Source: Longimicrobiales bacterium (GTDB taxonomy: Bacteria; Gemmatimonadota; Gemmatimonadetes; Longimicrobiales; Gaopeijiaceae). Taken from it: a stretch of DNA of 64,000 bases. The notes beneath the pieces were generated by a model. That model searched no databases. It saw only the letters and a program-made list of their open reading frames with translations, and had not been told where the DNA came from. The first letter of the stretch is position 1; each line of letters starts with the position of its first letter. The stretch is from NCBI GenBank assembly GCA_965204735.1, contig OZ242008.1, positions 864,001-928,000 of the forward strand. The letters run 5' to 3'. The translations under genes and the position numbers were made by a program. This document shows, one piece after another, positions 29,296 through 38,399 of the stretch.

Positions 29296-30528
29296 GTGTT
29301 CTTGGCGACGGGGCCGGTCGCGTGGGTTTCCGGGAGGTCGGACGGCCCGCTGCTCCTCTGCGTCGGGGGGCTCCACGGGAACGAGCCGGCGGGCGTGCTG
29401 GCGCTTGAAGAGGTGCTGGGCGGGCTGGAGGCGCGCCGGGACCGGATGCGGGGCGACTTCGTGGCCGTGGCCGGGAACTTGGGGGCGCTGGCGGCAGGGA
29501 GGCGGTTCGTGGCCTACGACCTGAACCGCGCATGGACGGCGGACCGGGTGGCGGAGCTGGGTGGCGGCGGTGGCGGCGAGCGCTCGGTGGCGGGTGCAAA
29601 GGTGCTGGAAGCGCACAACCGCGACGAGCGGGGCGCTTCGTCCAACGGGCAGGGGGCGGGGGAGGGGGGAGCCGCGGAGGACGCCGAGGTGCGGCGCCTG
29701 CTGGCCGTGCTGGCCGAAGTCGCGGAGCGGAGGCGGGGGCCGGTGTTCGTGCTGGACATCCACACGACTTCGGGCGGCGGGGGCGCGTTCACGACGACCT
29801 CGGACTACCTGGGCAACCGCCGCTTCGCCATGGAGATACCCGCGCCGCTGGTCCTGGGGCTGGACGAGGCGATCGAAGGCACGCTGATCGGCTACCTGGA
29901 CGACTTCGGCTACACGACGGCGGTCTTCGAGTGCGGGCAGCACGAGGAGGACGAGGCGGTCAGGCGGGCGGTGTCGGCAGTGTGGCTGGCGATCGGCGCT
30001 GCCGGCCTGCTGGAGGAGGACGACGCCCCCGAGGCCCGGGGCGGGCGGAAGGCGCTGCGCCGAGCGTTCCGAAGGCTCCCGCGAGTCCTCGAGGTCCGCT
30101 ACCGCCACCCCGCGGAGGACGAGGACGGCTACATGAGCAGGCCGGGCTTTCTCAACTTTCAGCCCGTGCGGGCCGGCGAAGTGCTGGGCGACGACCGGCG
30201 GGGTCGGGTGACGGCTCCGGAGAGCGGCCGCATCCTGATGCCGTTGTACCAGGAGCAGGGCGAAGACGCCTTCTTCGTGGTGCGTGCCTTTTCCCGGTTC
30301 TGGCTGTGGCTCTCCTGGGGATTGCGGCGGGCAGGGCTCGGAAGGCTGGCCCACTGGCTGCCGGGCGTCCGACGGGACCCGCGACGGCGCGGCGTGGTGG
30401 TGGTCGACCGGCGCGTGGCGCGTTGGGGAGCTCTGGGGGCGATGCGCCTGCTGGGCTACCGGCCCGAGTCCGACGACGGCGAGACGCTGGTGGCCACCGC
30501 GCTGGACCACGACCTGCGGGACCCGTAG
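29296..30528 (+). CDS. Succinylglutamate desuccinylase/aspartoacylase (M14-like) family protein
   Basis: GLHGNEPAG, DLNR, LDIHT and ECGQH motifs. Confidence 0.88.
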   Translation: MFLATGPVAWVSGRSDGPLLLCVGGLHGNEPAGVLALEEVLGGLEARRDRMRGDFVAVAGNLGALAAGRRFVAYDLNRAWTADRVAELGGGGGGERSVAGAKVLEAHNRDERGASSNGQGAGEGGAAEDAEVRRLLAVLAEVAERRRGPVFVLDIHTTSGGGGAFTTTSDYLGNRRFAMEIPAPLVLGLDEAIEGTLIGYLDDFGYTTAVFECGQHEEDEAVRRAVSAVWLAIGAAGLLEEDDAPEARGGRKALRRAFRRLPRVLEVRYRHPAEDEDGYMSRPGFLNFQPVRAGEVLGDDRRGRVTAPESGRILMPLYQEQGEDAFFVVRAFSRFWLWLSWGLRRAGLGRLAHWLPGVRRDPRRRGVVVVDRRVARWGALGAMRLLGYRPESDDGETLVATALDHDLRDP

Positions 30529-30561
30529 GGGCAGACGGGCCAGCCCCCGCCGGCAGGTCTC

Positions 30562-31125
30562 TCATTCGTCTCGGCGGTCCCTCATGTAGGCGACCAGCAC
30601 CGGGACGGCGTGGCTCAGGTGGGAGCGGACGGTCGCGGGGGACACGCCCAGTTCGTCGGCGACCTCGTTGGTGGTCTTCTTCTCGACCAGCCGCAGCAGG
30701 ACCACCCTCCTCTGCTTGCGCGGCAGCGTTTCGACGGCTTCGTCGAAGGCAAGGCGCTGGTCTTCCTCGTCGGCCGCCGCCAGCGGGTCCGGATGTCGCA
30801 GCGAGGCCGCCTTGCAGTGGCGAAGTTCGTCGGCGTACCTCTCGGATGATTCGGCCTCTTTCCGTCGCTTCTTGTAGTCGTCCACGCACACGCTTCGAAT
30901 GAGCTTGTAGAACCAGCTTCTGAACGCCCCTCGGCTGCGGTATCCGGCAGCCGCGCGGCAGAGCCTTTCCCACGAAGCTTGGTGAAGGTCCGCGGCGTGG
31001 TCGGCGTCGACGGCGTACTGCCAGCAAACCTTGTAGACGAACGGAGACTCCTGGGCCACGAACTTGCTGGCGAAGCGCGGGTCGGACGAGAACCGCTCGG
31101 GGTCGAACTCCAAGCGAGAAGCCAA
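30562..31125 (-). CDS. ECF RNA polymerase sigma factor
   Basis: Region 2 (AADLHQ...FRSWFYKL) and region 4 (LPRKQR...EVADELGVSPATVRSHL). Confidence 0.88.
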   Translation of the reverse strand: MASRLEFDPERFSSDPRFASKFVAQESPFVYKVCWQYAVDADHAADLHQASWERLCRAAAGYRSRGAFRSWFYKLIRSVCVDDYKKRRKEAESSERYADELRHCKAASLRHPDPLAAADEEDQRLAFDEAVETLPRKQRRVVLLRLVEKKTTNEVADELGVSPATVRSHLSHAVPVLVAYMRDRRDE

Positions 31126-31186
31126 GCGGCATCCTCCCGTCCGCGGGGATCAAGGGGCGGGCCAGCAGTGTCGAGCGGGCCAGCGG

Positions 31187-31654
31187 TCAAGGGGGCGAAG
31201 TGGCGAGCGTCGCGCCGACCTCCTGTCGCCAGTTTTGCTTCTGGAGCCAGCTTGCGGTCGCGCCGCCGGCAAGCGCGAAGAGCGCCAGCTCGATCATGGC
31301 CTCGGCGGGATGAACGGGCTTGGTCGCGAGAATTGCGGCCAGCGTCGCCGCAGCTCCCAGCGCTCCAGCGCACCACAGGTCGACGGGCCGAAGAGCCCTG
31401 TGCCGGGCCTCCGCCTCGTCGCGACGGGCGACGGCTCGGCGTCGCACCATTTCCTGAGCCCGGACGACCACTTGGTCTGGCACGGGCACTGGGCTCTCGG
31501 CCTGGAACGCGGTCCGCACCGACCGAACCAGTCGCAGGGCGTCGCCGCAGGTCGGGCATGTGTCCAAGTGCTCCTTCACCTCCGGTTCGACGGCGAGGCG
31601 AGATGTCGCGTCGTCGCCGAAGTCGATCAGCAAGTCGATCTCTGGACACTTCAC
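31187..31654 (-). CDS. Zinc-binding (zf-HC2/ZAS) anti-sigma factor with TM helices
   Basis: N-terminal Cys, HLDTCPTC and two C-terminal hydrophobic segments; GTG 31654. Confidence 0.8.
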   Translation of the reverse strand: MKCPEIDLLIDFGDDATSRLAVEPEVKEHLDTCPTCGDALRLVRSVRTAFQAESPVPVPDQVVVRAQEMVRRRAVARRDEAEARHRALRPVDLWCAGALGAAATLAAILATKPVHPAEAMIELALFALAGGATASWLQKQNWRQEVGATLATSPP

Positions 31655-31691
31655 CGGACAGCTCCTCCTGTTGTCGGGCGACAACTCGACC

Positions 31692-32408
31692 CTACCGGGC
31701 GGCGTTTGCGTGCGCAAGGCGAGCCCACGTCCACAGCGCAACCGCTTCCGCCAGAGGCAAGGCAAGGGGACTCCAAGTGGCGAGCGTCCCCGACGTCGAC
31801 GTCCAGTCGCGGGCGTAGAAAGTGGTCCAGGCGAGCAGCGCCCAGAACGCAGTCCCGCCCAGCCAAGCTGCTCCCAGCCGAGCGTTCCGACGAACGGGCG
31901 GAGGCAGGCCGCTGGTGAGCTGTCCGCTCCACAGCCCAATGAGCGTGTTGACCACTGCGAAGGCGGCGAAGACGATCGGCGTGTGGAGCATGACCCGGAG
32001 CCACTCAGGCGGGGTTCGTTCGGTATGGTCGACCGACAGCGAGTAGTTGCCGTCCGCCGGAGGGTTCTCTTCCACATAGCGGATGTTGCGCAGGATGCCG
32101 GCCGGCGTCTCTGGACCGAAGGGCCTGGACACCGAAGCGACTGCGCCGTCTTCGACCGACGCCGCATGTTGCGCCAATGGTTCGGCAACGGCGACGAGCA
32201 GGTATGCGGTCACTCCCGCGACCAAGCCGGCCCGCAAGGCGTCCGCCGCGCCTCTTTGACCCAGGACGCCGTGAAGCCGGCAACCCGCCGCGAACGCCGC
32301 GAAGGGGAGCACGAACCCCAAGTCCCTGGCCACGATCCCCAGCCAGTCCAAGATCGATCTGGAACGGCCATGGGGCCCGCCGACGAACTCGAAGCCGAGG
32401 AGCAGCAA
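31692..32408 (-). CDS. Hypothetical integral membrane protein (start uncertain)
   Basis: About 5-6 hydrophobic segments; the frame stays open upstream with no canonical start. Confidence 0.6.
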   Translation of the reverse strand: MLLLGFEFVGGPHGRSRSILDWLGIVARDLGFVLPFAAFAAGCRLHGVLGQRGAADALRAGLVAGVTAYLLVAVAEPLAQHAASVEDGAVASVSRPFGPETPAGILRNIRYVEENPPADGNYSLSVDHTERTPPEWLRVMLHTPIVFAAFAVVNTLIGLWSGQLTSGLPPPVRRNARLGAAWLGGTAFWALLAWTTFYARDWTSTSGTLATWSPLALPLAEAVALWTWARLAHANAAR

Positions 32409-32496
32409 CGTCAGCGCACCAGCCCATCCGAAGGCAGCCCCAAGGGCTGGAACGACGCGTCCGACGGTTCCGCGTCGGGTTCCTCTGGAGGAGGCG

Positions 32497-32712
32497 CTAA
32501 TGTCGGTTGCCTCCGCACTCTTCGTCGGACTTGCAGCTGGCGGGGGAAAACCAGCAGCAGTCTCGGCAACAGTAGGCCTCGGGACCCTCGCCTCGGCAGC
32601 AGTCGACGGGGCCGGTCGAGGCCGGTTGCGGCTGTGGACGTGCCGACATTCGGCCCCCGAATGCCAGCAGGGCGTTCAGGACGACGAGAGCTGCGATGAT
32701 CCGCTTCTCCAT
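32497..32712 (-). CDS. Small secreted Cys-rich peptide (71 aa, 8 Cys)
   Basis: MEKRIIAALVVLNALLAFGG signal, core DCCRGEGPEAYCCRDCCWFSPASCKSDEEC, purine-rich RBS (CAGGGAA) upstream. Confidence 0.7.
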   Translation of the reverse strand: MEKRIIAALVVLNALLAFGGRMSARPQPQPASTGPVDCCRGEGPEAYCCRDCCWFSPASCKSDEECGGNRH

Positions 32713-33209
32713 GATGTGTTCCCTGTGTGGTTGGTGCGAATGATGTGGTTGGTCGGTGATGCCGCTATCTCGCGCAGCTTGGTGCCGTGACCCTCTGCCA
32801 CGACCTGCCCATCTCGGTCGAGGGCGAAGACCCACGGCGTCCGACGAACGATTGCCCCGTCAGCCGTCCCGACGGCAACGCCCCATGCTTTGGCTCCCGC
32901 GTACGCCGGGCTTGGCGACAAGGCGATCACCGCGAACGGGCGTTCATCCGACTCCCTCAACCACTGGACCCAATCGGCCGCGACCCGGTCGGAGTGGGGG
33001 CATTCGGGATCGAAAACGAATGCTAGGAGCGGCGTGCCGGATGCCAGACGACGCCCCGTACCGTCAGGGCCCGTGAAGCGGACGCTCGACAAGTCGGCAC
33101 CAACACCGATCGGCCCGGAATTCGTGCTTGGCCGTTCCTTTCCCATCGCAAACACCTGGACGCCCGCCAGAGCCAAAAGGCCGATGCTGCACACTCGGCT
33201 CGCGCTCAT
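32676..33209 (-). CDS. Exported redoxin/thioredoxin-like protein (CxxS)
   Basis: N-terminal anchor, FVFDPECPHS and TPWVFALDRDG. Confidence 0.7.
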   Translation of the reverse strand: MSASRVCSIGLLALAGVQVFAMGKERPSTNSGPIGVGADLSSVRFTGPDGTGRRLASGTPLLAFVFDPECPHSDRVAADWVQWLRESDERPFAVIALSPSPAYAGAKAWGVAVGTADGAIVRRTPWVFALDRDGQVVAEGHGTKLREIAASPTNHIIRTNHTGNTSWRSGSSQLSSS

Positions 33210-33808
33210 GGTGCGGACTGTACCGCAAAGTGTGGAATCGGCGCTCCTGCTTCAACCCATTCCTGGATCTCTCCAAGCCCCACCATCCGTGCAAGCACGC
33301 GTTCGTTGGCAACTGACCGCTGGTCGCCTTCGACCGCCAGGGTCCGACGGACAATGATGATCTGCGGCGTTCCGGCCGGACCAGGCAGGTCCTCGTATAC
33401 GTATCTGCGGATGCCTTCGTTGAACCATCCGTGTCCAGCTGTCGTCTCGTCGAACGCACCAAATTTCTGGAGGTGCTTCATGCCTGTGGCTGCACTGCGG
33501 TCGCGGGCGATCCCCACGGCCGCGAACGCCGCACCGGCCGACTGAACGCGCCGTTGAAGGTTGATCTTCAGCTTTCGCACGAGATACGGGAGGCCCGGAG
33601 CGTTGGACCAGTAGCAAGAGGAGGATCCCAGGTAGACCAGGAGAACCTCTTCCCCGGGTTCGACCGGGGACGCGGGAACGTACCGACTGGACTCGACGGC
33701 GGGCACTCGCCATGCGATACTCACGTCCGGCACCGGCATCAAGCCCACAGCGCCGAGCATGAAGCCGATGCCGAGCACAGTGCCAGCCGCAACCAGATTG
33801 CGTCTCAT
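33206..33808 (-). CDS. Exported thioredoxin-fold protein with a single Cys
   Basis: Signal/anchor, VYLGSSSCYWS and cis-Pro-like GTPQIII; ATGA coupled on both sides. Confidence 0.6.
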   Translation of the reverse strand: MRRNLVAAGTVLGIGFMLGAVGLMPVPDVSIAWRVPAVESSRYVPASPVEPGEEVLLVYLGSSSCYWSNAPGLPYLVRKLKINLQRRVQSAGAAFAAVGIARDRSAATGMKHLQKFGAFDETTAGHGWFNEGIRRYVYEDLPGPAGTPQIIIVRRTLAVEGDQRSVANERVLARMVGLGEIQEWVEAGAPIPHFAVQSAP

Positions 33809-34999
33809 GTCGCCTCCCGTTGCTTGGGGAAGACGCGGACTTCAACTGCAGGATAGGGATCAGTGTATACAGCCACGTACCGATTTGCTCCGACCGCCTT
33901 GATCATGGGCAACGAGTCGCTGATCCAAGCCCCGTGACCCGAGTTCACGTCTACAAGATAGCTGCGAACGGTTTGCCCGACCGGCTTTGTCGGATCGTCT
34001 TCCCGGGGTCCTTCGAGATACGATTGCAACAGGAGCACGCTTCGCGACACGCGGACTGCCCCCTCGATTGTTTCCGATGGTCCGTCGCCTGTGAACTGTA
34101 CATATGGAGTGCCGTTGGGCTCCATGCCGGAAGTGATCTGCATTTGAGCGAAGTCCTCCACCCATGCAGACCAAAGCGAAGTTCGTTGCATCAGCTCGTA
34201 TGATCGCACAATCGGCAGGTACTGAAACGCGTACACGACGCGCGGTGGCGAATCGAAGCAACCAATCGGTCCGTCCGACAGCTGGTTGCCAATGAGGGCG
34301 TGTCGCGTACGGTACCCCTCCCCGAAGTGTTGGACCATCTCGCCTTCGTGGACGTCCACCTCGTGGATGATCGTGTTGTCCTCTTCCCATCCCGACACGA
34401 AGACGCGGCCTTTCACCGAACAGATGCCTTCAGGAACCAGCGGGACACTCGCCGTCCTGACGTACTTGTAGCCGTCGTCCGATCGGGCGAAGATCTTCAG
34501 CTGGTTGCCGCGATCCGCAACGACCATCAGATCGTCGGCCAGCACTTCAATCCCCTTGGGGTCTCTGAACTCGCTGGGCCCCTCGCCCGCGTCGCCGACG
34601 GCGAAAAGGTACTCTCCCGTCGGATCGAAAACGCGCACTTGGTGATTTCGTCGGTCGAGCACGAACAGGTTGTCGTCCCCGTCCATCGCAACGTCGGCGA
34701 CGAGGCCGAAGACTTCCGGCCCCGTCGAATCGAGGCCCAGCTCACCGAGCCTGACGACCGGCTGGGCAGCGAGAAGAGCGTCCCGCGCTGCGAGCCATGC
34801 GAGGGAGTCGTCCGGCGAAAGCACACCGTCCGGAAAGGGACCGCCGACGATTGTGGGACTGCCCGCCGCGGGAACGTTCTCTGGTGTGGGGTGGAACGTA
34901 GGGCTCGGCGTGGCATCCACGCACGCCAGCGTCGCCAGCACGAGAATCGACGGAGCTGGCCGTCGGCTCGATGCGGTGCCGGTTCGAAACATCAGCATT
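33805..34999 (-). CDS. 6-bladed beta-propeller lipoprotein
   Basis: Lipobox LATLAC and the blade VLDRRNHQVRVFD..GDAGEGPSEF; start estimated. Confidence 0.8.
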
Positions 35000-35110
35000 T
35001 CCACAGCTCCTGTATCTTGGGTGTGGTAGGAGAAGATCATTCCAAGCGGCTCTCCGGCCAGAGGCCGCGACTAGCATTAGTAGCGACCTCTGGCCGGAGA
35101 CTGTGGGGCC

Positions 35111-35361
35111 TCAGGCGGGCCGGCACGCGGTTGTCTTGCAGCCGCTGCCCTGCATCGTGCAGGCGGTGCCCTCGCCAGGGTTGTCCTGGCACCACCGCCC
35201 GCGTTCGCACTCGTCCGCCTCGCAGGCGGGCCCCTGTGCTTTTGCCGGCGGTGGGGTCACCAGCCCGGCAACGATGGTGCCGCCGATGCCGCCGACGGCC
35301 AGGACCCGAGGAGTCCCAGGCTTGTCGCCAGGATTCTCGGGATTCGGGAAACGAGGTCCAT
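35111..35361 (-). pseudogene. Secreted 6-Cys peptide split by a single-base frameshift (real or sequencing error)
   Basis: GAGGAGG RBS plus MDLVSRIPRILATSLGLLG in one frame. Adding one G to the GGG run at 35305-35307 joins it to VLAVGG...AKAQGPACEADECERGRWCQDNPGEGTACTMQGSGCKTTACRPA. Confidence 0.65.
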
Positions 35362-35567
35362 GTCTTCCTCCTCTCGGTTGCGTGTTGGACCTGTACTCTG
35401 ACAACCGAATACGTGGAAAAACGTGGAAGGACGGAGTTCCGCAAGGGTGTTCCGAGCGTTGTTCCGGCTGGCGGAGAGCGTTGCCGCCAAAGGGCTTGGC
35501 CAAGTCCAGGACCACCGTAAGAGCGGAGAGGAAGCTGGCGGCGGCTTCCCCGGGAAGGGGCTTGGCA

Positions 35568-35684
35568 CCGCGTCGCGTACTCGAGTCCACCTATCGGCGC
35601 GCCGCCTGGCCCTTGGCCTCGGCGTCGGCCAGGTCCCAGGCGACGGCCTCCACGAATCGCTTGTTCTTGGCCAGTCCGAAAATG
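35568..35684 (-). mobile_element. IS1380-family transposase internal fragment
   Basis: Reads IFGLAKNKRFVEAVAWDLADAEAKGQAARR* and then EYATR after a shift, resembling the IS1380 FGLAxNxRL...ARRF.DF.Y.TR segment. Confidence 0.6.
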
Positions 35685-36124
35685 GGCTCTTCCCCTGTTT
35701 CGGTGGGCCGTAGTAGGATGAACGGGAGGACGGCGTGACTCTTGGAGCGAGGAGAGCGAACGGAGATGCGGGAGTGGGTGGAGCGGCTGATGGGGCTGGG
35801 GCCGGAGTGGCGGATCGAGCACGTGGACGAGGACTCGGAACGCCAGGAGGCGCGGGTGGTGCTGGCGTGCAGGGCGGGCTCGCCTTTGCGGTGCCCGGAG
35901 TGCGGGCGGACGTGTCCGGGCTACGACGTGCGGCGCCGGGAGTGGCGCGGGCTGGACGCATGGGGATACAAGACGTTCGTGGTCCACGACGTGCCGCGGG
36001 TGGAGTGTCCGGAGCGCGGGGTGGTGCCGACGCGTGTGCCGTGGGCGGAGGGGCGGTCGAGGTACACGGCGGCGTTCGAGTCGCTGGTGATCGGCTGGTT
36101 GCGCGAGGCGAGCGTGCTTGCGGC
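35685..36124 (+). mobile_element. ISL3-family element, left end and truncated transposase
   Basis: GGCTCTT terminal motif at 35685; zinc-finger segment [16 protein letters not shown]...VPRVECPE.G...[15 protein letters not shown]; no DDE core. Confidence 0.8.
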
Positions 36125-36213
36125 CGCTTGGCGCAGGAGCCGTGCGCCGGCGTTGGACGAGACGGCCCCGCCGTCGAAGGCGGCCACCACCTTGCGTCCG
36201 CTCAAGGCTTGCT
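36125..36213 (-). mobile_element. IS1380-family transposase N-terminal fragment
   Basis: [28 protein letters not shown] matches the IS1380 N-terminal VxAxFDGGxxSSxAGxxLL motif. Confidence 0.7.
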
Positions 36214-37433
36214 GGTCCGTGGTGGCGTTGAGCGCGGTGGCGCCGTCGCTCTTTCCTGTGTCCGGCACGCCGCTTCGGGCTCAAGACGTCCTTCCGCTCC
36301 CCGCCGCCGACCAGCCGCTCGAGGGCGACCTGCAGAACGTCTACCGGATCGGCGGCGCCGACGGCGAAGCATGGGAAAGCTTCGGCAGCATCGACGGGCT
36401 GGCCTTCGACTCCGAGGGGAGACTGCACGTGTTCGACGGGACGTCGCTCCAGATCGTGGTCGTCGACCCGGAGGGCGGCTTCGTCCGCATGGTCGGCAAG
36501 AAGGGAGAAGGACCTGGCGAGTTCAGTTCCGCGGCGGGGGCGAGCTTCACCGTCTTGAGGAGCGGTCGCGTCGTCGTGTACGAGATGGTTCGGAGGACAT
36601 TCCACGTCTTTGGTCCCGCCGGCGACTTCGAGCGCACGGTTCCTCTGCCTTCTGATGGTTCCTATCTCGTCCGGATCCCCGGACTGCAAGCCACTGCCGA
36701 CGGAGATGTGATCTCCACCGGGGCTGTGGGCCGCTTCATGCGAGACGAGGACGGTCTGTCTTCCGCGACGGCTGCTTTCGTGGAGCGCTTTGTTCTGGCC
36801 GGCGAGGAGGCCGTTTCGGAGGCCGTTGTCGAAGCGTGGCGGCCGGACGGCGAGCTGGCCTTGGCGCCCGAGCTGTTCGCAGGAACCCTTCCCGACGGGG
36901 GCGTCGCGTTCTCCGACACGTCGACGTACGCGATCAAGATCGTGGCCTCCGGCAACGCCAACGCCGTGTCTCGCGTGCTCGCGAGGCCCTTTCTGCCCGC
37001 GTCCGTGACAGACCGCATTCGCGACGCCCACAGAGAGGACTTGCTGGCCCAAGCCGACCGGATGGAGCGCAACGCCGAGCGAGCCGGACTGAGTGGATTG
37101 GCCGCCATGGGCGTCAACTTCCTTCGGCAAGAAGCCAAGGACGCCGAATTCTACCACGAGTTTCCGGTCGTCGGCGGCCTGAAGACCGGCTGGGACGGCG
37201 CGATCTGGGTCCAGCGCAACGGCGATCTGCCGGGCGAAGAAGGTCCCATCGACATCTTGACCGCCGACGGTCGCTACTACGTGGGCACCATGGCCCCCGG
37301 CTCGCCCGCCATGCCCGACGCGTTCGGCCCCGAAGGACTTCTCGCCTTTGAAGAAGCCGACGAGCTCGACGTGCCGGTCGTCGTCGTGCGTCGGTTGCCG
37401 CCGGAGTTCCTGAAGCCACCGAGTCGCCAGTGA
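36192..37433 (+). CDS. Secreted 6-bladed beta-propeller protein, in frame with the upstream IS remnants
   Basis: Signal-like segment ending [15 protein letters not shown], and typical tail [18 protein letters not shown]. Confidence 0.8.
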   Translation: MRPLKACWSVVALSAVAPSLFPVSGTPLRAQDVLPLPAADQPLEGDLQNVYRIGGADGEAWESFGSIDGLAFDSEGRLHVFDGTSLQIVVVDPEGGFVRMVGKKGEGPGEFSSAAGASFTVLRSGRVVVYEMVRRTFHVFGPAGDFERTVPLPSDGSYLVRIPGLQATADGDVISTGAVGRFMRDEDGLSSATAAFVERFVLAGEEAVSEAVVEAWRPDGELALAPELFAGTLPDGGVAFSDTSTYAIKIVASGNANAVSRVLARPFLPASVTDRIRDAHREDLLAQADRMERNAERAGLSGLAAMGVNFLRQEAKDAEFYHEFPVVGGLKTGWDGAIWVQRNGDLPGEEGPIDILTADGRYYVGTMAPGSPAMPDAFGPEGLLAFEEADELDVPVVVVRRLPPEFLKPPSRQ

Positions 37434-37690
37434 CCTCTTGGTCTGGATCGCCCCAGGAACTCCTCCGTTCGCTGAGCCCCGCGGAGATTGAGGCTGCGCC
37501 AGAGTGCCTCTACTGGAAGGGGGCGCCGCTCGTTGCTGGACGTCGGAACCGGGTGGCGGTGGTCGGGTCGCGCCGGGCTACAGCCCAGGGACTGGCCCAG
37601 GCAGAGGCAGCTAGCTAGCTAGCTAGGCTAGGCTAGTGTCCCAGTTTCCGCCTGGAACGCTTCCGCAACGCGCCAACTTCCCCCGCCGAA
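37430..37690 (+). pseudogene. dprA: dprA remnant
   Basis: PECLYWKG...VAVVGSRRAT N-terminal motif, stop in a CTAG array, then the later DprA motif VSQFPPGTLPQRANFP; the middle is deleted. Confidence 0.7.
37611..37636. repeat. CTAG tandem array (6 copies)
   Basis: CTAGCTAGCTAGCTAGGCTAGGCTAG. Confidence 0.95.
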
Positions 37691-37808
37691 ACCCTGCTGG
37701 AGGAAGGCACTTTGGATCGCGTGATCGACGACATGCCCTACCGAAGCGGTGAATCGCTTGTCTTCTGACGTCGTCCGGTTCGGATCGTCGCTTGTCTATC
37801 GTCCAGGC

Positions 37809-37892
37809 CTGCTGCGCAGGAACGTCCTCGAGGCCGCGGTCAACGCCGTTGCCCACCGGGACTACGCCATCAAGGTCTCGTTGCGGGTCTGA
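37809..37892 (+). pseudogene. Fragment of an AlbA/RecG-C-terminal-like (HATPase_c_4) gene
   Basis: Reads LEAAVNAVAHRDYAIK, the EAxxNAxxHRDY motif, followed by a stop. Confidence 0.6.
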
Positions 37893-37979
37893 CGATCCGC
37901 GGCAGGTGGCTGGACGAGGATTGCGAGGCAGGCCATATTGTAAGCTTGGGTCCCCCAAATCTCAGGTGAGGAGCATGCC

Positions 37980-38399
37980 ATGGCCAGTCCCCATCACGAC
38001 GACTACCCTCGCGCCGCCCGCCGGCACTTGGTCGACGCCACGGTGCTCAAGACGCGCCAGCGCTACGACGGCGCGGCCTATCTTGCGGGATACGTGGTCG
38101 AATGCAGCCTCAAGGCACTGATCAAGGCGGAGACGGGACAGGTGGACCGAACTCACGACTTGTCCAGGTTGCGCGACACCCTAACTCGCCTCATCCGCCT
38201 TGCCGATGCTCGAACCGCTCGACTTGCCGAACCTCTGGTTGGTCTTCTGCGGTGCTCTGGGGTTCTCGCATGGGACCCCCAGATGCGTTACCGGACTTCC
38301 GAGGTTGGGGCCGATCAAGCACAAAGATGGGTTCTCGATGCACAAGTCGTCTATTCGGCCGTAATCGGCGCTATGACTATGGACGGTCTGATCCCATGA
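37980..38399 (+). CDS. HEPN-domain-like protein
   Basis: All-helical, with AAYLAGYVVECSLKA, THDL and WDPQMRY. Confidence 0.75.
   Translation: MASPHHDDYPRAARRHLVDATVLKTRQRYDGAAYLAGYVVECSLKALIKAETGQVDRTHDLSRLRDTLTRLIRLADARTARLAEPLVGLLRCSGVLAWDPQMRYRTSEVGADQAQRWVLDAQVVYSAVIGAMTMDGLIP

Noticed and set aside
35742..37433. Functional full-length ISL3 transposase
   Set aside because: Only the N-terminal zinc-finger region is present, with no DDE domain or right end; the rest of the ORF is a propeller.
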